This document shows, one piece after another, positions 41,538-51,360 of a stretch of DNA of 64,000 nt. Every line of letters starts with the position of its first letter. Position 1 is the stretch's first letter. Origin of the DNA: Escherichia coli (GTDB lineage: Bacteria > Pseudomonadota > Gammaproteobacteria > Enterobacterales > Enterobacteriaceae); assembly GCF_030013595.1 (NCBI RefSeq), contig NZ_CP122768.1; one strand, given 5' to 3'. A model generated the notes under the pieces. It made no database searches. It had not been told where the DNA came from and was given only the letters and a program-made list of their open reading frames with translations. A program made the translations under genes and the position numbers.

Positions 41538-42251
41538 TCACGCCACATCACTGTCGGCATCGGGTACGCCAAACTGGCTAATCATGGTGAACGGCACTTC
41601 GCCCACGCCTGCAACATTGAGCACCGGAGAGCCGCCGTCGAGCGGGATGCGTACATCTTCCACTTCGCCGGAAACTTCAATCGGCACCTCTTCTTCCCCG
41701 GTGTTGGTCACCACCGAGACGTCGTAATCACCCGGCGGGATACCGTAATCCGCCGGATTAATCGAGAAATCCACCTGGCCTGGCCCGACGGACGAACTGC
41801 CTTCCGGGATCAGCGACACCGTATAGTCATCGCCTGCGGCATCGGTAAAGTGGAGATCGGCGGTGGTACAGGCGTCGTCAAGCGTGGCGCGACCATTAAT
41901 GGTCTGGTCGCTCACCTGCAAGGCGGTGGTCTGCACCATAATGTCGTCACCCACCAGGTTGCCGAGCGCCATTACCTGAATGTTGCTCATCAGCACCGCG
42001 TTGGTGTTGGCCTGCACGCTCATCTCTTCCATCATCGCCACCTGCGCCATCGACGAAAGCTGGTCGATGTATTCGGTGGCGTCAGTCGGGTCGGTCGGGT
42101 CCTGGTTTTGGATCTCGGCGACAAACAGCGTCAGGAAGGTATCGACGGGCGAGCTATCGCTGCTGCTTGTCGTGTCGCTGGCCGCCACGTTGTTGCTTTC
42201 CGCCGTGGCGGTCGGCTGCGGCGATTGCGCATTCAGCACCAAGGTATTCAT
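41538..42251 (-). CDS. lfgD: FlgD-like hook capping/scaffold protein
   Basis: 237 aa with FlgD-like N-terminus ...VDTFLTLFVAEIQNQDPTDPTDATEYIDQL. Confidence 0.8.
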   Translation of the reverse strand: MNTLVLNAQSPQPTATAESNNVAASDTTSSSDSSPVDTFLTLFVAEIQNQDPTDPTDATEYIDQLSSMAQVAMMEEMSVQANTNAVLMSNIQVMALGNLVGDDIMVQTTALQVSDQTINGRATLDDACTTADLHFTDAAGDDYTVSLIPEGSSSVGPGQVDFSINPADYGIPPGDYDVSVVTNTGEEEVPIEVSGEVEDVRIPLDGGSPVLNVAGVGEVPFTMISQFGVPDADSDVA

Positions 42252-42682
42252 CAGGCTTCTCCCAGTTTCAGCAAACTTTGCTGCATACTTTTCACGTTGT
42301 TGAGCACATCGACATTGGTTTCGAAATCGCGCGAGGCCGACATCATGTCCGCCATCTGTTCCACCACGTTGACGTCGGGATACCAGACATCCCCGTTAGC
42401 ATCCGCCAGCGGCGAATGCGGTTCATAGCGTTTCACCGCCCCGCCGGTTTGCAGCACGTCCTGCACCTGCACGCTGGCACCATCGATCGCATGGCGATGC
42501 GTTCCCGCCAGCAAGCTGTGGTGATACACCGCCGCAAACACCGGGCTGCGCGCTTTATACGCCTGTGCCTCGCTGCCGGCAGGTGCATTGGCATTCGCCA
42601 GGTTACTGGCAACGGTATTCAGACGTAGCGTTTGCGCCGTCATCGCCGAACCGGAAATCTGATAGATATCAGTAAATGACAT
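42251..42682 (-). CDS. lfgC: FlgC-like rod protein
   Basis: 143 aa, MSFTDIYQISGSAMTAQTLRLNTVASNLANANA... Confidence 0.88.
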   Translation of the reverse strand: MSFTDIYQISGSAMTAQTLRLNTVASNLANANAPAGSEAQAYKARSPVFAAVYHHSLLAGTHRHAIDGASVQVQDVLQTGGAVKRYEPHSPLADANGDVWYPDVNVVEQMADMMSASRDFETNVDVLNNVKSMQQSLLKLGEA

Positions 42683-42684
42683 GC

Positions 42685-43020
42685 TTATTTCCCTTCAATG
42701 GCCTCTCTGATGCCGCTGATTTGCAGATTCAGAAAGGTCAGACTGCTTTGATAATCCATACTATTTTGTGAAAACCGCGCCTGTTCACTGTTCAGCTCCA
42801 CGGTGTTGCCATCTTCCGACGGCTGCATCGGCACGCGGTACTGGACATCCACCGCCGCGTTATTTGCCCGTTGCATCTCCCTGGCAAAATCAATATCTTT
42901 AGCCTTGAAATTTGGCGTATCGACGTTCGCCAGATTCGCAGTCAGTAGCTCGGTCCTCTCAAGACGTAACTTCACTGCCTGCGGATGCACTCCCAATGCT
43001 TGTTGAAAACTGATCCCCAT
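42685..43020 (-). CDS. lfgB: FlgB-like rod protein (start moved downstream of the sigma-54 promoter)
   Basis: MGISFQQALGVHPQAVKLRLERTELLTANLANVDTPNFKAKDIDF... FlgB-like; the upstream ATG at 43050 lies inside the predicted promoter-to-start-site interval, so ATG 43020 (GGAG upstream) is preferred. Confidence 0.75.
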   Translation of the reverse strand: MGISFQQALGVHPQAVKLRLERTELLTANLANVDTPNFKAKDIDFAREMQRANNAAVDVQYRVPMQPSEDGNTVELNSEQARFSQNSMDYQSSLTFLNLQISGIREAIEGK

Positions 43021-43056
43021 TCTCTGCGTCACTCCTGCTTCAATCCGCATACGCTA

Positions 43057-43072
43057 AGCAATCGCTGTGCCA
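43057..43072 (-). promoter_or_regulatory. sigma-54 promoter core (-24/-12) for the lfgB rod/hook operon
   Basis: Minus strand reads TGGCACAGCGATTGCT = TGGCAC-N5-TTGC, ~35 nt upstream of the lfgB start. Confidence 0.7.
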
Positions 43073-43101
43073 TTTTTTAAGTGACTGATGAGAAAGGGTT
43101 T

Positions 43102-43839
43102 ATGAGTTTTCAATTTTGCAGGCGGAAGTTTTATTTCCTCCTGGCGCTGACCTTACCGGGCTACGCCGCCGTCCACCCCGTGCAACACAGCGCGCGGGAA
43201 CAAGTCAACGCCCAGGTACTGAATGCCGCGAGCCAGGAAATTGAATCGCTGGCGCAACAGCGGCGCTGGCATGACTATCGCTACACCTTTAAGGTCTATA
43301 TTCCCTCGCAGATTGCGACCGCCGCCCCCTGTGCGACTACACCCGGCGTCACGCTCACTTCGCCTGCGGAAATCACCCTCAACCGGATGAACTTCACCGT
43401 CAGTTGCCCGCAAAGCTGGCAGATGAACGTGGCGGTGCGCCCGGATGTTCTGGTGCCGGTGGTAATGGCGAAGTCACTGGTTGCCCGCGACACGCCGCTC
43501 ACGGCAAATGATGTGGAGTTGAAGCCCTACAACGTCAGCGCCCAGCGCCGCAATGTGTTGATGGATCCCGATGACGCGATTGGTTTCAGCAGTAAACACG
43601 CGCTGCAACCGGGCAGGCCCATCACCAAAGAAGAGCTGGTTTCGCCAGTGCTGGTCGAACGCGATCAGCCGGTGATGATTGTTTACCAGAGCGCGGGGAT
43701 CACCGCCTCGATGCCCGGCGTGGCGCTGAAAAATGGTCGCAAAGGCGAGATGGTGAAAGTGCGTAACGCCAGCAGCCAGCGGGTCATCAGCGCGATGGTG
43801 GCGGAAAGCGGCGTGGTAACAACGGTAAGCGCGGAGTAA
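43102..43839 (+). CDS. lfgA: FlgA-like P-ring assembly chaperone
   Basis: ORF trimmed to MSFQFCRRKFYFLLALTLPGYAAV signal peptide; divergent from lfgB. Confidence 0.75.
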   Translation: MSFQFCRRKFYFLLALTLPGYAAVHPVQHSAREQVNAQVLNAASQEIESLAQQRRWHDYRYTFKVYIPSQIATAAPCATTPGVTLTSPAEITLNRMNFTVSCPQSWQMNVAVRPDVLVPVVMAKSLVARDTPLTANDVELKPYNVSAQRRNVLMDPDDAIGFSSKHALQPGRPITKEELVSPVLVERDQPVMIVYQSAGITASMPGVALKNGRKGEMVKVRNASSQRVISAMVAESGVVTTVSAE

Positions 43840-44026
43840 TTTGCTGTAATACCGCGTAGCATATGTATGACTAGCTCCCAATATTCTGACTTTCTGACAA
43901 ATTTCATTGTGTATTTTGGATAATTATTGAGCACTCAATCACTACTGTTTAAATATCCAGATGATAACTATTTCATCTGGGTCAAATGAGTGATATTGTA
44001 TCACCAATAAGACCTACGGGGGTGCT

Positions 44027-45451
44027 ATGTCTGAATTTGAATTGCTCGTGAAAGATCTTCTTTTAAAATCAGAAGAAGACGAGAAAAAGCGACAAGAAAA
44101 AGATCGAGAATTAATTTCAAAGGTTCTTGAAATCTATGATCAAAAATATGTTGCAGAACTCCTACGAAAAGTAGGAAAAAATGAATGGAGCAGAGAAACA
44201 CTTAACCGTTGGATAAATGGTAAGTGTAACCCTAAACAATTAACTTCTGCTGAGGAAACTTTACTTCGAAAGATGCTTCCAGAACCTCCCGAACATCATC
44301 CTAACTATACATTTCGTTTTATTGATTTATTCGCAGGGATTGGTGGTATTCGTAAAGGCTTCGAAAATATTGGTGGGCAGTGTGTTTTTACTAGCGAATG
44401 GAATAAAGAAGCGGTAAGAACCTACAAAGCTAATTGGTTTAATGATGAACTAAATCATAAATTTAATCTTGATATACGAGAAGTCACTTTAAGTGATAGA
44501 GATGATGTTTCCGAAATGGAAGCCTATAATCATATAGACAAAAATATTCCAGATCATGATGTCCTTCTGGCCGGTTTTCCATGTCAGCCCTTTAGTCTGG
44601 CTGGGGTAAGCAAGAAAAATTCTCTGGGGCGTGCACATGGTTTTGAATGTGAGGCACAAGGAACACTATTTTTTGATGTCGCTCGAATTATTAAATCAAA
44701 AAAACCAGCTATTTTTGTGCTTGAGAATGTGAAGAACCTTAAAAGTCATGATAAAGGTAAGACTTTTAAAGTCATCATGGAAACACTCAATGAATTAGGG
44801 TATGAAGTCGCCGATGCTGGTGTGACTGGCTCAGATGATCCTAAAATTATAGATGGAAAACATTTTTTACCCCAACATCGTGAGCGTATAGTGTTGGTAG
44901 GATTTCGTAGGGATCTAAATATTCACAAGGATTTCACGTTACGAAATATTAACCGCTTTTACCCTCAAAACAGGCCAACATTTGGTGAATTATTAGATCA
45001 TGATGTTGACGACAAATATATTTTGACTCCAAGGTTATGGGAATATCTTTACAATTATGCAAAAAAACATGCAGCAAAAGGAAATGGATTTGGTTTTGGT
45101 TTAGTGGATCCTAAAAATCCAGATAGTATCGCACGAACGCTGTCTGCTCGTTACCATAAAGATGGCTCTGAAATACTGATCGATCGTGGCTGGGATAAGG
45201 CTGTCGGTGAAATCGATTTTAGTAATCCAGCGAATCAAGAGAATCGACCAAGAAGACTGACACCTCATGAATGTGCCAGGTTAATGGGTTTTGAAAAACC
45301 AGGGGGAAGACCTTTTAGAATACCTGTATCAGATACTCAAGCTTATAGACAATTTGGGAACTCAGTTGTTGTGCCAGTATTTGAAGCTGTAGCAAGATTA
45401 CTAGAACCGTACATACAAAAGGCTGTCAGCATGCAAGTTATTAACGATTAA
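44027..45451 (+). CDS. DNA (cytosine-5)-methyltransferase, Dcm/M.EcoRII-like (predicted CCWGG specificity)
   Basis: 474 aa with motifs [15 protein letters not shown] (I), [10 protein letters not shown] (IV), ENVKNL (VI), [10 protein letters not shown] (X); collinear with E. coli Dcm as recalled; ACGGGGG RBS; AT-rich compared with flanking flagellar genes. Confidence 0.85.
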   Translation: MSEFELLVKDLLLKSEEDEKKRQEKDRELISKVLEIYDQKYVAELLRKVGKNEWSRETLNRWINGKCNPKQLTSAEETLLRKMLPEPPEHHPNYTFRFIDLFAGIGGIRKGFENIGGQCVFTSEWNKEAVRTYKANWFNDELNHKFNLDIREVTLSDRDDVSEMEAYNHIDKNIPDHDVLLAGFPCQPFSLAGVSKKNSLGRAHGFECEAQGTLFFDVARIIKSKKPAIFVLENVKNLKSHDKGKTFKVIMETLNELGYEVADAGVTGSDDPKIIDGKHFLPQHRERIVLVGFRRDLNIHKDFTLRNINRFYPQNRPTFGELLDHDVDDKYILTPRLWEYLYNYAKKHAAKGNGFGFGLVDPKNPDSIARTLSARYHKDGSEILIDRGWDKAVGEIDFSNPANQENRPRRLTPHECARLMGFEKPGGRPFRIPVSDTQAYRQFGNSVVVPVFEAVARLLEPYIQKAVSMQVIND

Positions 45452-45474
45452 TAATAATTAACTTTCACTATTGT

Positions 45475-45498
45475 GAGGCCTTTTTTATTAAAGGCCTC
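45475..45498. terminator. bidirectional hairpin between the convergent methyltransferase and endonuclease genes
   Basis: gaggccttttttattaaaggcctc perfect stem-loop in the 87-bp convergent intergenic region. Confidence 0.6.
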
Positions 45499-45538
45499 TA
45501 AATATATAATCATAAGTTATTATAAGTATACTTTTATA

Positions 45539-46744
45539 TTATATAAAATCTTCATACAGCGTTATTAACTGTGTGATAAAACCCTCTAACGTTAATAATC
45601 CATCCCTGATTTCCTCCGGATATTTTTTATGAAGAGGGGAAGGTACAACCAAGGTGACACCTTCAGCTCTCATTTCGTTAAATTGAGCAACTGAGACACC
45701 CTCTTGTAAGGTAAACAAATATATTTTGTTGATTTTATTTGCTTCATTGAGTGCCTGACGCCACCGATCCTTACATGTTGTTTTTACAGCAAGCATACGG
45801 AGTTTTTCTCTTGGAAAGTGATCATCATGGTAAGCTGCCGCTGATGGAAAAAGAAAATCGGGTTTCTTTTTTCCTTCAGTAATACATTGAGTAGCAAAAT
45901 GATGCAGTCCATGCTCAATAAAAATTTGCTCAAGATGTAGCTCCAGTGATTTCCCGGCTCGAGATTTTCTTCGATTACTAACAGAGTTAGCCATAGCTAT
46001 AAAATCATCTACAGAACCAAACCCTTGACGGATGATGTCCAGTACGTGAATTTCTTCAACCATTAGAAAGAGATCATATTCAATACGGCGGCGTTCTAAA
46101 AGTTGGTCATCTGGACTGGTTACGCCTGTTGGGTAATAACCCGCAGCATATTGAATAATCTCTAAGCCAGAAGGAAAGCTATGTTTCCAGCTTTCCGGAA
46201 TAACATATTCCTTTTGAGAGATTTTTGGCCTTGATGCGAGTACACCAAGTATTTCACTGGCAGGCCCAAACATTAAAGTTCCAGGAATGATCTCCCCAAT
46301 AGCTGATTCCAGTACATCCTCTTCTTCTGGGCTAACACAAACCCATACATCAACACTTTTGCTGTCTCTCCCTGGCTCATGTTCAAACGCAAGCACAGAC
46401 AAAGCACCTGTATTTTCCGGATCCTGTAGGGGACTGCCAGCCCCCCACCGAGTGATGCGTTTTTCATTTCTTGTTTGCCCGAAATACTTATTATTGTAGT
46501 AAATAGCGCGAACCTCACTGTCTACACATTCATGAGAGGAATAAGTTGCGCGCAATAAAACCGAAGGATTTTTTTCTGACGTATGATCTATAGATGGGAA
46601 AAGTTCAGCGACGATACCAGAAGGGATATATACCCCCACTTGATGCCCTCCTGTTGCACCAGTGTCGTTTGCTGAAAGACGTTTAATATAGAGATAGTTG
46701 TTACCACCGACCTTATCAAGCAGCCAATCTTGTAATCCTGACAT
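45539..46744 (-). CDS. type II restriction endonuclease, EcoRII-like
   Basis: 401 aa; N-terminal ...YIKRLSANDTGATGGHQVGVYIPSGIV... and overall collinearity with R.EcoRII as recalled; convergent partner of a Dcm-like methylase. Confidence 0.65.
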   Translation of the reverse strand: MSGLQDWLLDKVGGNNYLYIKRLSANDTGATGGHQVGVYIPSGIVAELFPSIDHTSEKNPSVLLRATYSSHECVDSEVRAIYYNNKYFGQTRNEKRITRWGAGSPLQDPENTGALSVLAFEHEPGRDSKSVDVWVCVSPEEEDVLESAIGEIIPGTLMFGPASEILGVLASRPKISQKEYVIPESWKHSFPSGLEIIQYAAGYYPTGVTSPDDQLLERRRIEYDLFLMVEEIHVLDIIRQGFGSVDDFIAMANSVSNRRKSRAGKSLELHLEQIFIEHGLHHFATQCITEGKKKPDFLFPSAAAYHDDHFPREKLRMLAVKTTCKDRWRQALNEANKINKIYLFTLQEGVSVAQFNEMRAEGVTLVVPSPLHKKYPEEIRDGLLTLEGFITQLITLYEDFI

Positions 46745-46797
46745 AAGACATCCTTATTTTTGCATAGTATCCGATTCAGATTTTTCCACATATCCAT

Positions 46798-46831
46798 CAG
46801 AACGACCAGAACGACCAGAACGACCAGAACC
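46798..46831. repeat. tandem 9-bp repeat (CAGAACGAC, three full copies plus one partial) in the endonuclease/lfgM divergent region
   Basis: cag-aacgaccag-aacgaccag-aacgaccag-aacc read directly, 54-87 bp upstream of the endonuclease ATG. Confidence 0.9.
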
Positions 46832-46934
46832 AACATATCTGAACAAAAAGTAAATATGCGATAACGATTAAAGTTTTGCCGCCTGTTAACCGCTTTACCG
46901 GAGTAACCCACCTAAATACCGAGACGAGGTTGCG

Positions 46935-47210
46935 ATGAAAATCACCCCGACTATGCCAGGCAATCGCCCGACAGTCACAACGGCAGGCTCCAGCCAGCCG
47001 CGCAAAGGCACGGCGACCACCACGACGCTAAGCGCCGACGACATTACCCAGGCGGGATTGCAGTCTGCCCAGCAAACACTGAACGACCAGCAAGAGAGCG
47101 ATATCGACAGCGATAAAGTGGCGCAAATGCAGGCGATGCTGGCCTCCGGCAGCCTGCAAGTGGACACCGAACAGTTAGCCAGCGACATGCTGAGTTTTTT
47201 CCAGAACTAA
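46935..47210 (+). CDS. lfgM: FlgM-like anti-sigma-28 factor
   Basis: 91 aa; C-terminal ...VAQMQAMLASGSLQVDTEQLASDMLSFFQN matches the FlgM sigma-28-binding region; GAGG RBS. Confidence 0.8.
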   Translation: MKITPTMPGNRPTVTTAGSSQPRKGTATTTTLSADDITQAGLQSAQQTLNDQQESDIDSDKVAQMQAMLASGSLQVDTEQLASDMLSFFQN

Positions 47211-47222
47211 GAGGCCGATGAA

Positions 47223-47651
47223 GTGAGTATCAGGTTACAACAGGTGAAGGCGTTGTTGCAGGGAATTCGTGACGATGACGCGCTGTATGATTCCCTGCGC
47301 GAACTTCTCCAGCGCCAGCGGATCTGCATGATTCGCCGCGCCAGCGAAGAGCTGCTGGCGGTAAACGAGGAGATAACCCATCACTATGAGCAGTTGCATG
47401 GGCATAGCCATCAGCGACACAGCCTGCTGAAAATGCTCGGTGTTAGCGTAAATCGTGACGGTCTGGCGCAGGTATTTGCCTGGCTTCCGGCGGTACAAAA
47501 AGCGGCAGCACAACAGTTGTGGCAACGCCTTGAGCAAAAAGCGGAACGCTGCAAAGCCTACAACGACAAAAACGGCGAGCAGTTGATTCGCCAGTATGAA
47601 TTTATTCAGTCTTTTTTAGGCAGCGAAGCGGATTTTCTGTACCAGGAATAA
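47223..47651 (+). CDS. lfgN: FlgN-like chaperone
   Basis: 142-aa helical protein starting at GTG 47223 with AGAGG upstream; follows lfgM as in flgM-flgN pairs. Confidence 0.7.
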   Translation: MSIRLQQVKALLQGIRDDDALYDSLRELLQRQRICMIRRASEELLAVNEEITHHYEQLHGHSHQRHSLLKMLGVSVNRDGLAQVFAWLPAVQKAAAQQLWQRLEQKAERCKAYNDKNGEQLIRQYEFIQSFLGSEADFLYQE

Positions 47652-47778
47652 CGACCATTCCTTCCCCCATCGCGGAAACGGATTTTCCGCCTGATTCACA
47701 ATCCTTTGTTTTTGATTATAAAAAATCACGGCACGCTTATTGCACATTCCGCAAAGTAATAAAGACTGGAAGCCACCT

Positions 47779-48609
47779 ATGAGTTTTATTGAATGTTACG
47801 AACCGGAATACGTGCGCAATTTTATGACGCAATATCCCGATTCGCCTTTGTACATCCGCAAGGTGTGGAAAAACGAGATTCGCCTGAGCCTGATGCTGAC
47901 AGAGCCAGAAAGTTGCGAAGCGGTGCTCAACGATGCCAGGGCCTTTGATTTACAGCTCACCTACCGCCCGGCGGAAGAAAATGCCGCAGAGCTTTCCGCG
48001 CGCGATGCGATAGTAAACCAGGTCATTTTGAGTACCCTCACGCTCCCCGATTTAACCCCAGAGCTTTCACTATATGCCATCGGGATTTTACTCTCCCGCG
48101 CCAGCAAAATGCCGGGCAGAGACGGAGATATTCTTGCCCGTTTGACGACGCTGCCGCAGGCGCTGGCCGATCATGCGAAAAAAGGCACGCTACAGGCACA
48201 GTTCGCCCAACTTCCGCCCGTGCCACAGCTGGCGCGTCACCTGGCCACGCTACTCGGGAGTTTTACGTTTGACTGGTCGATTTTGCCGGAAAGCCCGCGC
48301 AAAACTTCGCTGCCGTTGCAGATGCCTTTGCTGGCGCTACATGACGCCAACAGCGAAGCCCTGGTGCAACAGCAGCTTCAGGCTCAGTGGCAAACCACCT
48401 GGCAACAGCATTTTGCCACCGCGCCCTGGATGATGCGTAACTGGCTGATTTACCGCGTTTACCATGAGGTGATTGGACAGGCAGACGGAGCAGATTATTG
48501 CCCGCTGGTGTGCGATTTTTATCTTATCCGCACGTTAATCAGTTTTATGGACGCTGGATGGTTCTCCGCTGCGACAGGAGGATATTTTCGCCCTTTTTGC
48601 GGTGTTTGA
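47779..48609 (+). CDS. hypothetical protein in the Flag-2 variable region
   Basis: ORF 47740..48609 begins at a TTG; first ATG with GGAAG RBS is 47779 (MSFIECYEPEYVRNF...); no recognisable domain. Confidence 0.55.
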   Translation: MSFIECYEPEYVRNFMTQYPDSPLYIRKVWKNEIRLSLMLTEPESCEAVLNDARAFDLQLTYRPAEENAAELSARDAIVNQVILSTLTLPDLTPELSLYAIGILLSRASKMPGRDGDILARLTTLPQALADHAKKGTLQAQFAQLPPVPQLARHLATLLGSFTFDWSILPESPRKTSLPLQMPLLALHDANSEALVQQQLQAQWQTTWQQHFATAPWMMRNWLIYRVYHEVIGQADGADYCPLVCDFYLIRTLISFMDAGWFSAATGGYFRPFCGV

Positions 48610-48729
48610 ACGCTGGCGAGAGAGTGAAAATGCGCTGTTTATTCGCCAGCAAATTCAGTCGTTATGTGCGGCAGAGCCGCTGCTTTCAGCATTTTCGCTG
48701 CTGACGTGAGTCGCTCTGTGCGCGCTTTT

Positions 48730-48845
48730 CCCCTCACCCTAACCCTCTCCCCAAAGGGGCGAGGGAACCGATCGAGCACGGTGTTAAAATCGGCGCTGGT
48801 TTTCTCCCCTCTCCCTGTGGGAGAGGGTCGGGGTGAGGGCATCAG
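48730..48845. repeat. GC-rich composite palindromic intergenic repeat, copy C
   Basis: ccctcaccctaaccctctccccaaaggggcgagggaacc ... cccctctccctgtgggagagggtcggggtgaggg, same orientation as copy B. Confidence 0.7.
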
Positions 48846-48888
48846 CACGCACATTCATCACATTCACCCCTTAACTCACCCAGACACC

Positions 48889-51360
48889 ATGCCAACACAA
48901 ACCATCATCAAAACACTCGCCACCCACCGCGAAAAACCGTTTGTCAGCGTCGTCACGCCAACCTGGAACCGTGGCGCATTCCTGCCGTACCTGCTTTATA
49001 TGTACCGCTATCAGGATTACCCGGCAGACCGCCGCGAACTCATCATCCTCGACGACTCGCCGCAAAGCCATCAACACATCATCGACCGCCTGACCAATGG
49101 CACACCGGAAGCCTTTAACATCCGCTATATTCATCACCCGGAAAAACTGCCACTGGGCAAAAAACGCAACATGCTCAACGAACTGGCGAGCGGCGAATAC
49201 ATCCTCTGCATGGACGATGACGACTACTACCCGGCAGATAAAATCTCCTGGACCATCGCCATGATGCAAAAACATAGGGCGCTCATCTCCGGCTCCGACC
49301 AGATCCCCATCTGGTACAGCCACATCAACCGCATTTTCAAAAGCCGCAGCTTTGGCCCGCATAACATCCTCAACGGCACCTTTTGCTATCACCGTAACTA
49401 CCTGAAAAAGCACCGTTACGACGACGATAGCAATTTAGGCGAAGAGAAAAGTTTCACCAACAATTTCAGCGTTAACCCGCTACAACTGCCCGGCGAGCGC
49501 ACGATTCTGTGTATCTCGCACAGCCACAACACCTTTGATAAAGACTTTATTCTCGGGGCCAGCACGCCTGTAAACGCGGCGCTTACGGATATCGTCCGCG
49601 ATCCGCTGCTCCGCAATGCTTATCTGAGTCTGCATAACGCCACTCATCACCAGGCGATCAACCATCAGGCGATCGATCAGATCGTTCTGCTGAATCTGGA
49701 TAAACGCCCGGATCGCTTACAACAGATCCGTGAAGAACTGGCATTGCTGCATATTCCACCTGAGAAGATCACCCGCCTTGCCGCCAGTGAAGATCAAAAC
49801 GGTCAACGGGGTCGCCGCCAGTCGCACTTGCAGGCGCTGCGCCTGGCGCAACAGCACGGCTGGCAAAACTATCTGCTGCTGGAAGATGACGCGGTTATTC
49901 TCAAGCAGGAGAAACATATTCAGGTGCTGAACACGCTGCTGGCGAGCCTGGCGAAAATTCCCTGGCAGGTGATGATCCTTGGCGGCGAAATTTCGCAAGG
50001 AACTATGCTAAAAAGTTTGCCGGGGCTGGTGCACGCGCGGGACTGCCGCAAAGTGTGCGCTTATCTGGTGAACAGCCGCTACTACCCGCAACTGGCGCAG
50101 CAGATGAGCAACGATGAGCACTCGCTGGAAGCCTGCTGGCAGCCGCTGCTACACGCCGACAAATGGCTGGCCTGTTACCCGAGCCTTTGTTACCAGCGAC
50201 CGGGCTTTAGCGATATCGAGAAAAAAGTCACCGACAACATTAGTCACTATTTCAATAAGTTACACGTAACCACCAAGCCATCCACGTTACCCATCGCCGA
50301 CACCATCGGCTTTTTTATGGAAACCTCATTCCACTACGCGCTGTATCGCCCAATCATCACCGCTCTACAGGCGCAGGGGGAGAGCTGCACGCTGGTGATC
50401 AACGACCGCGTGTTTAAACCGTTTCTGGATGAAATGCTGGAGACGCTAAAAAGCATCGACGACCCACAGCTTAAAGGTATGCGCTTGTCTGAGATGCAGG
50501 CACACGGCCAGCGGATGAAATGCCTGGTCAGCCCCTACCACACGCCCGCGCTCAATGGCCTGGCAGCGGTGAACGTTCGCGCCATGTATGGCTTAGCCAA
50601 AGAAACGTGGAACCACGCCGACTGGAACCGTTTTTATCAGCGCATTTTGTGTTACAGCCACTACAGCCAGCAGGCGCTGGCGCATTTCGGTAGCGCAAAA
50701 GTGGTCGGCAACCCACGCTTCGACGCCTGGCATAACGGCACGTTCGACCGCACTCTGCCGGAAAATATCCAACCCGATTCCTGTAAACCTACGGTGCTCT
50801 ACGCCCCTACGTTTGGCGCACTAAGCTCCCTGCCCCACTGGGCAGAAAAATTAGGCCGCTTAAGTGGCAATGTGAATCTGATTTGCAAACTGCACCACGG
50901 CACCTGCTCGCGCCCGGAAGAAACTGCATCGCTGGCACTGGCGCGCAGGCATTTAAAACGGCGCACCGACTCCGCCCGCCACACGCTGGCGCTGCTGGCA
51001 AAGGCCGATTACGTGCTGACCGATAACAGCGGCTTTATTTTCGATGCTATTCACGTTGATAAGCGGGTGATCCTGCTCGACTTTCCGGGCATGAGTGAAT
51101 TGCTCGACGGCGAGAAAAGCTACTCCACGCCGGAGAGCGCCGATCAGCAAATCCGCGAAATATTGCCGGTGGCTCATGATATGGCAGAGTTGCGTTACTT
51201 GTTGTCAGAGGCGTTTGACTGGGGGGCGGTGCAGACACGGCTTAAGGAGATTCGTCATCACTATTGCGATGCGTTTATGGATGGCAAGGCGGGAGAACGG
51301 GCGGCGATGGTGATTGTTGAGGCGCTGGCGGACAAGGAACCGTCAGGGATATGTCGATAA
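48889..51360 (+). CDS. three-domain glycosyltransferase: N-terminal GT2-like, central GT25-like, C-terminal CDP-glycerol glycerophosphotransferase (TagF)-like
   Basis: 823 aa from ATG 48889; VVTPTWNR...CMDDDD (GT-A/DXD); IVLLNLDKRPDRLQQI...LLLEDDAVIL (GT25-like); VLYAPTFG and YVLTDNSGFIFDAIHV (TagF-family signatures). Confidence 0.7.
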   Translation: MPTQTIIKTLATHREKPFVSVVTPTWNRGAFLPYLLYMYRYQDYPADRRELIILDDSPQSHQHIIDRLTNGTPEAFNIRYIHHPEKLPLGKKRNMLNELASGEYILCMDDDDYYPADKISWTIAMMQKHRALISGSDQIPIWYSHINRIFKSRSFGPHNILNGTFCYHRNYLKKHRYDDDSNLGEEKSFTNNFSVNPLQLPGERTILCISHSHNTFDKDFILGASTPVNAALTDIVRDPLLRNAYLSLHNATHHQAINHQAIDQIVLLNLDKRPDRLQQIREELALLHIPPEKITRLAASEDQNGQRGRRQSHLQALRLAQQHGWQNYLLLEDDAVILKQEKHIQVLNTLLASLAKIPWQVMILGGEISQGTMLKSLPGLVHARDCRKVCAYLVNSRYYPQLAQQMSNDEHSLEACWQPLLHADKWLACYPSLCYQRPGFSDIEKKVTDNISHYFNKLHVTTKPSTLPIADTIGFFMETSFHYALYRPIITALQAQGESCTLVINDRVFKPFLDEMLETLKSIDDPQLKGMRLSEMQAHGQRMKCLVSPYHTPALNGLAAVNVRAMYGLAKETWNHADWNRFYQRILCYSHYSQQALAHFGSAKVVGNPRFDAWHNGTFDRTLPENIQPDSCKPTVLYAPTFGALSSLPHWAEKLGRLSGNVNLICKLHHGTCSRPEETASLALARRHLKRRTDSARHTLALLAKADYVLTDNSGFIFDAIHVDKRVILLDFPGMSELLDGEKSYSTPESADQQIREILPVAHDMAELRYLLSEAFDWGAVQTRLKEIRHHYCDAFMDGKAGERAAMVIVEALADKEPSGICR

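Noticed and set aside
41421-42428. 335-aa ORF on the plus strand
   Set aside because: Antisense to lfgD/lfgC; His/Arg-rich low-complexity translation typical of reverse-strand reading of GC-rich coding DNA.
46798-46831. Possible CRISPR array
   Set aside because: The 9-bp units are contiguous with no spacers; this and the four dispersed GC-rich repeats lack CRISPR repeat-spacer periodicity. No CRISPR array is present in the window.
48664-48888. Upstream extension of the glycosyltransferase ORF
   Set aside because: The extension reads through the GC-rich palindromic repeat (translation ...PLTLTLSPKGRG...); true start taken as ATG 48889.
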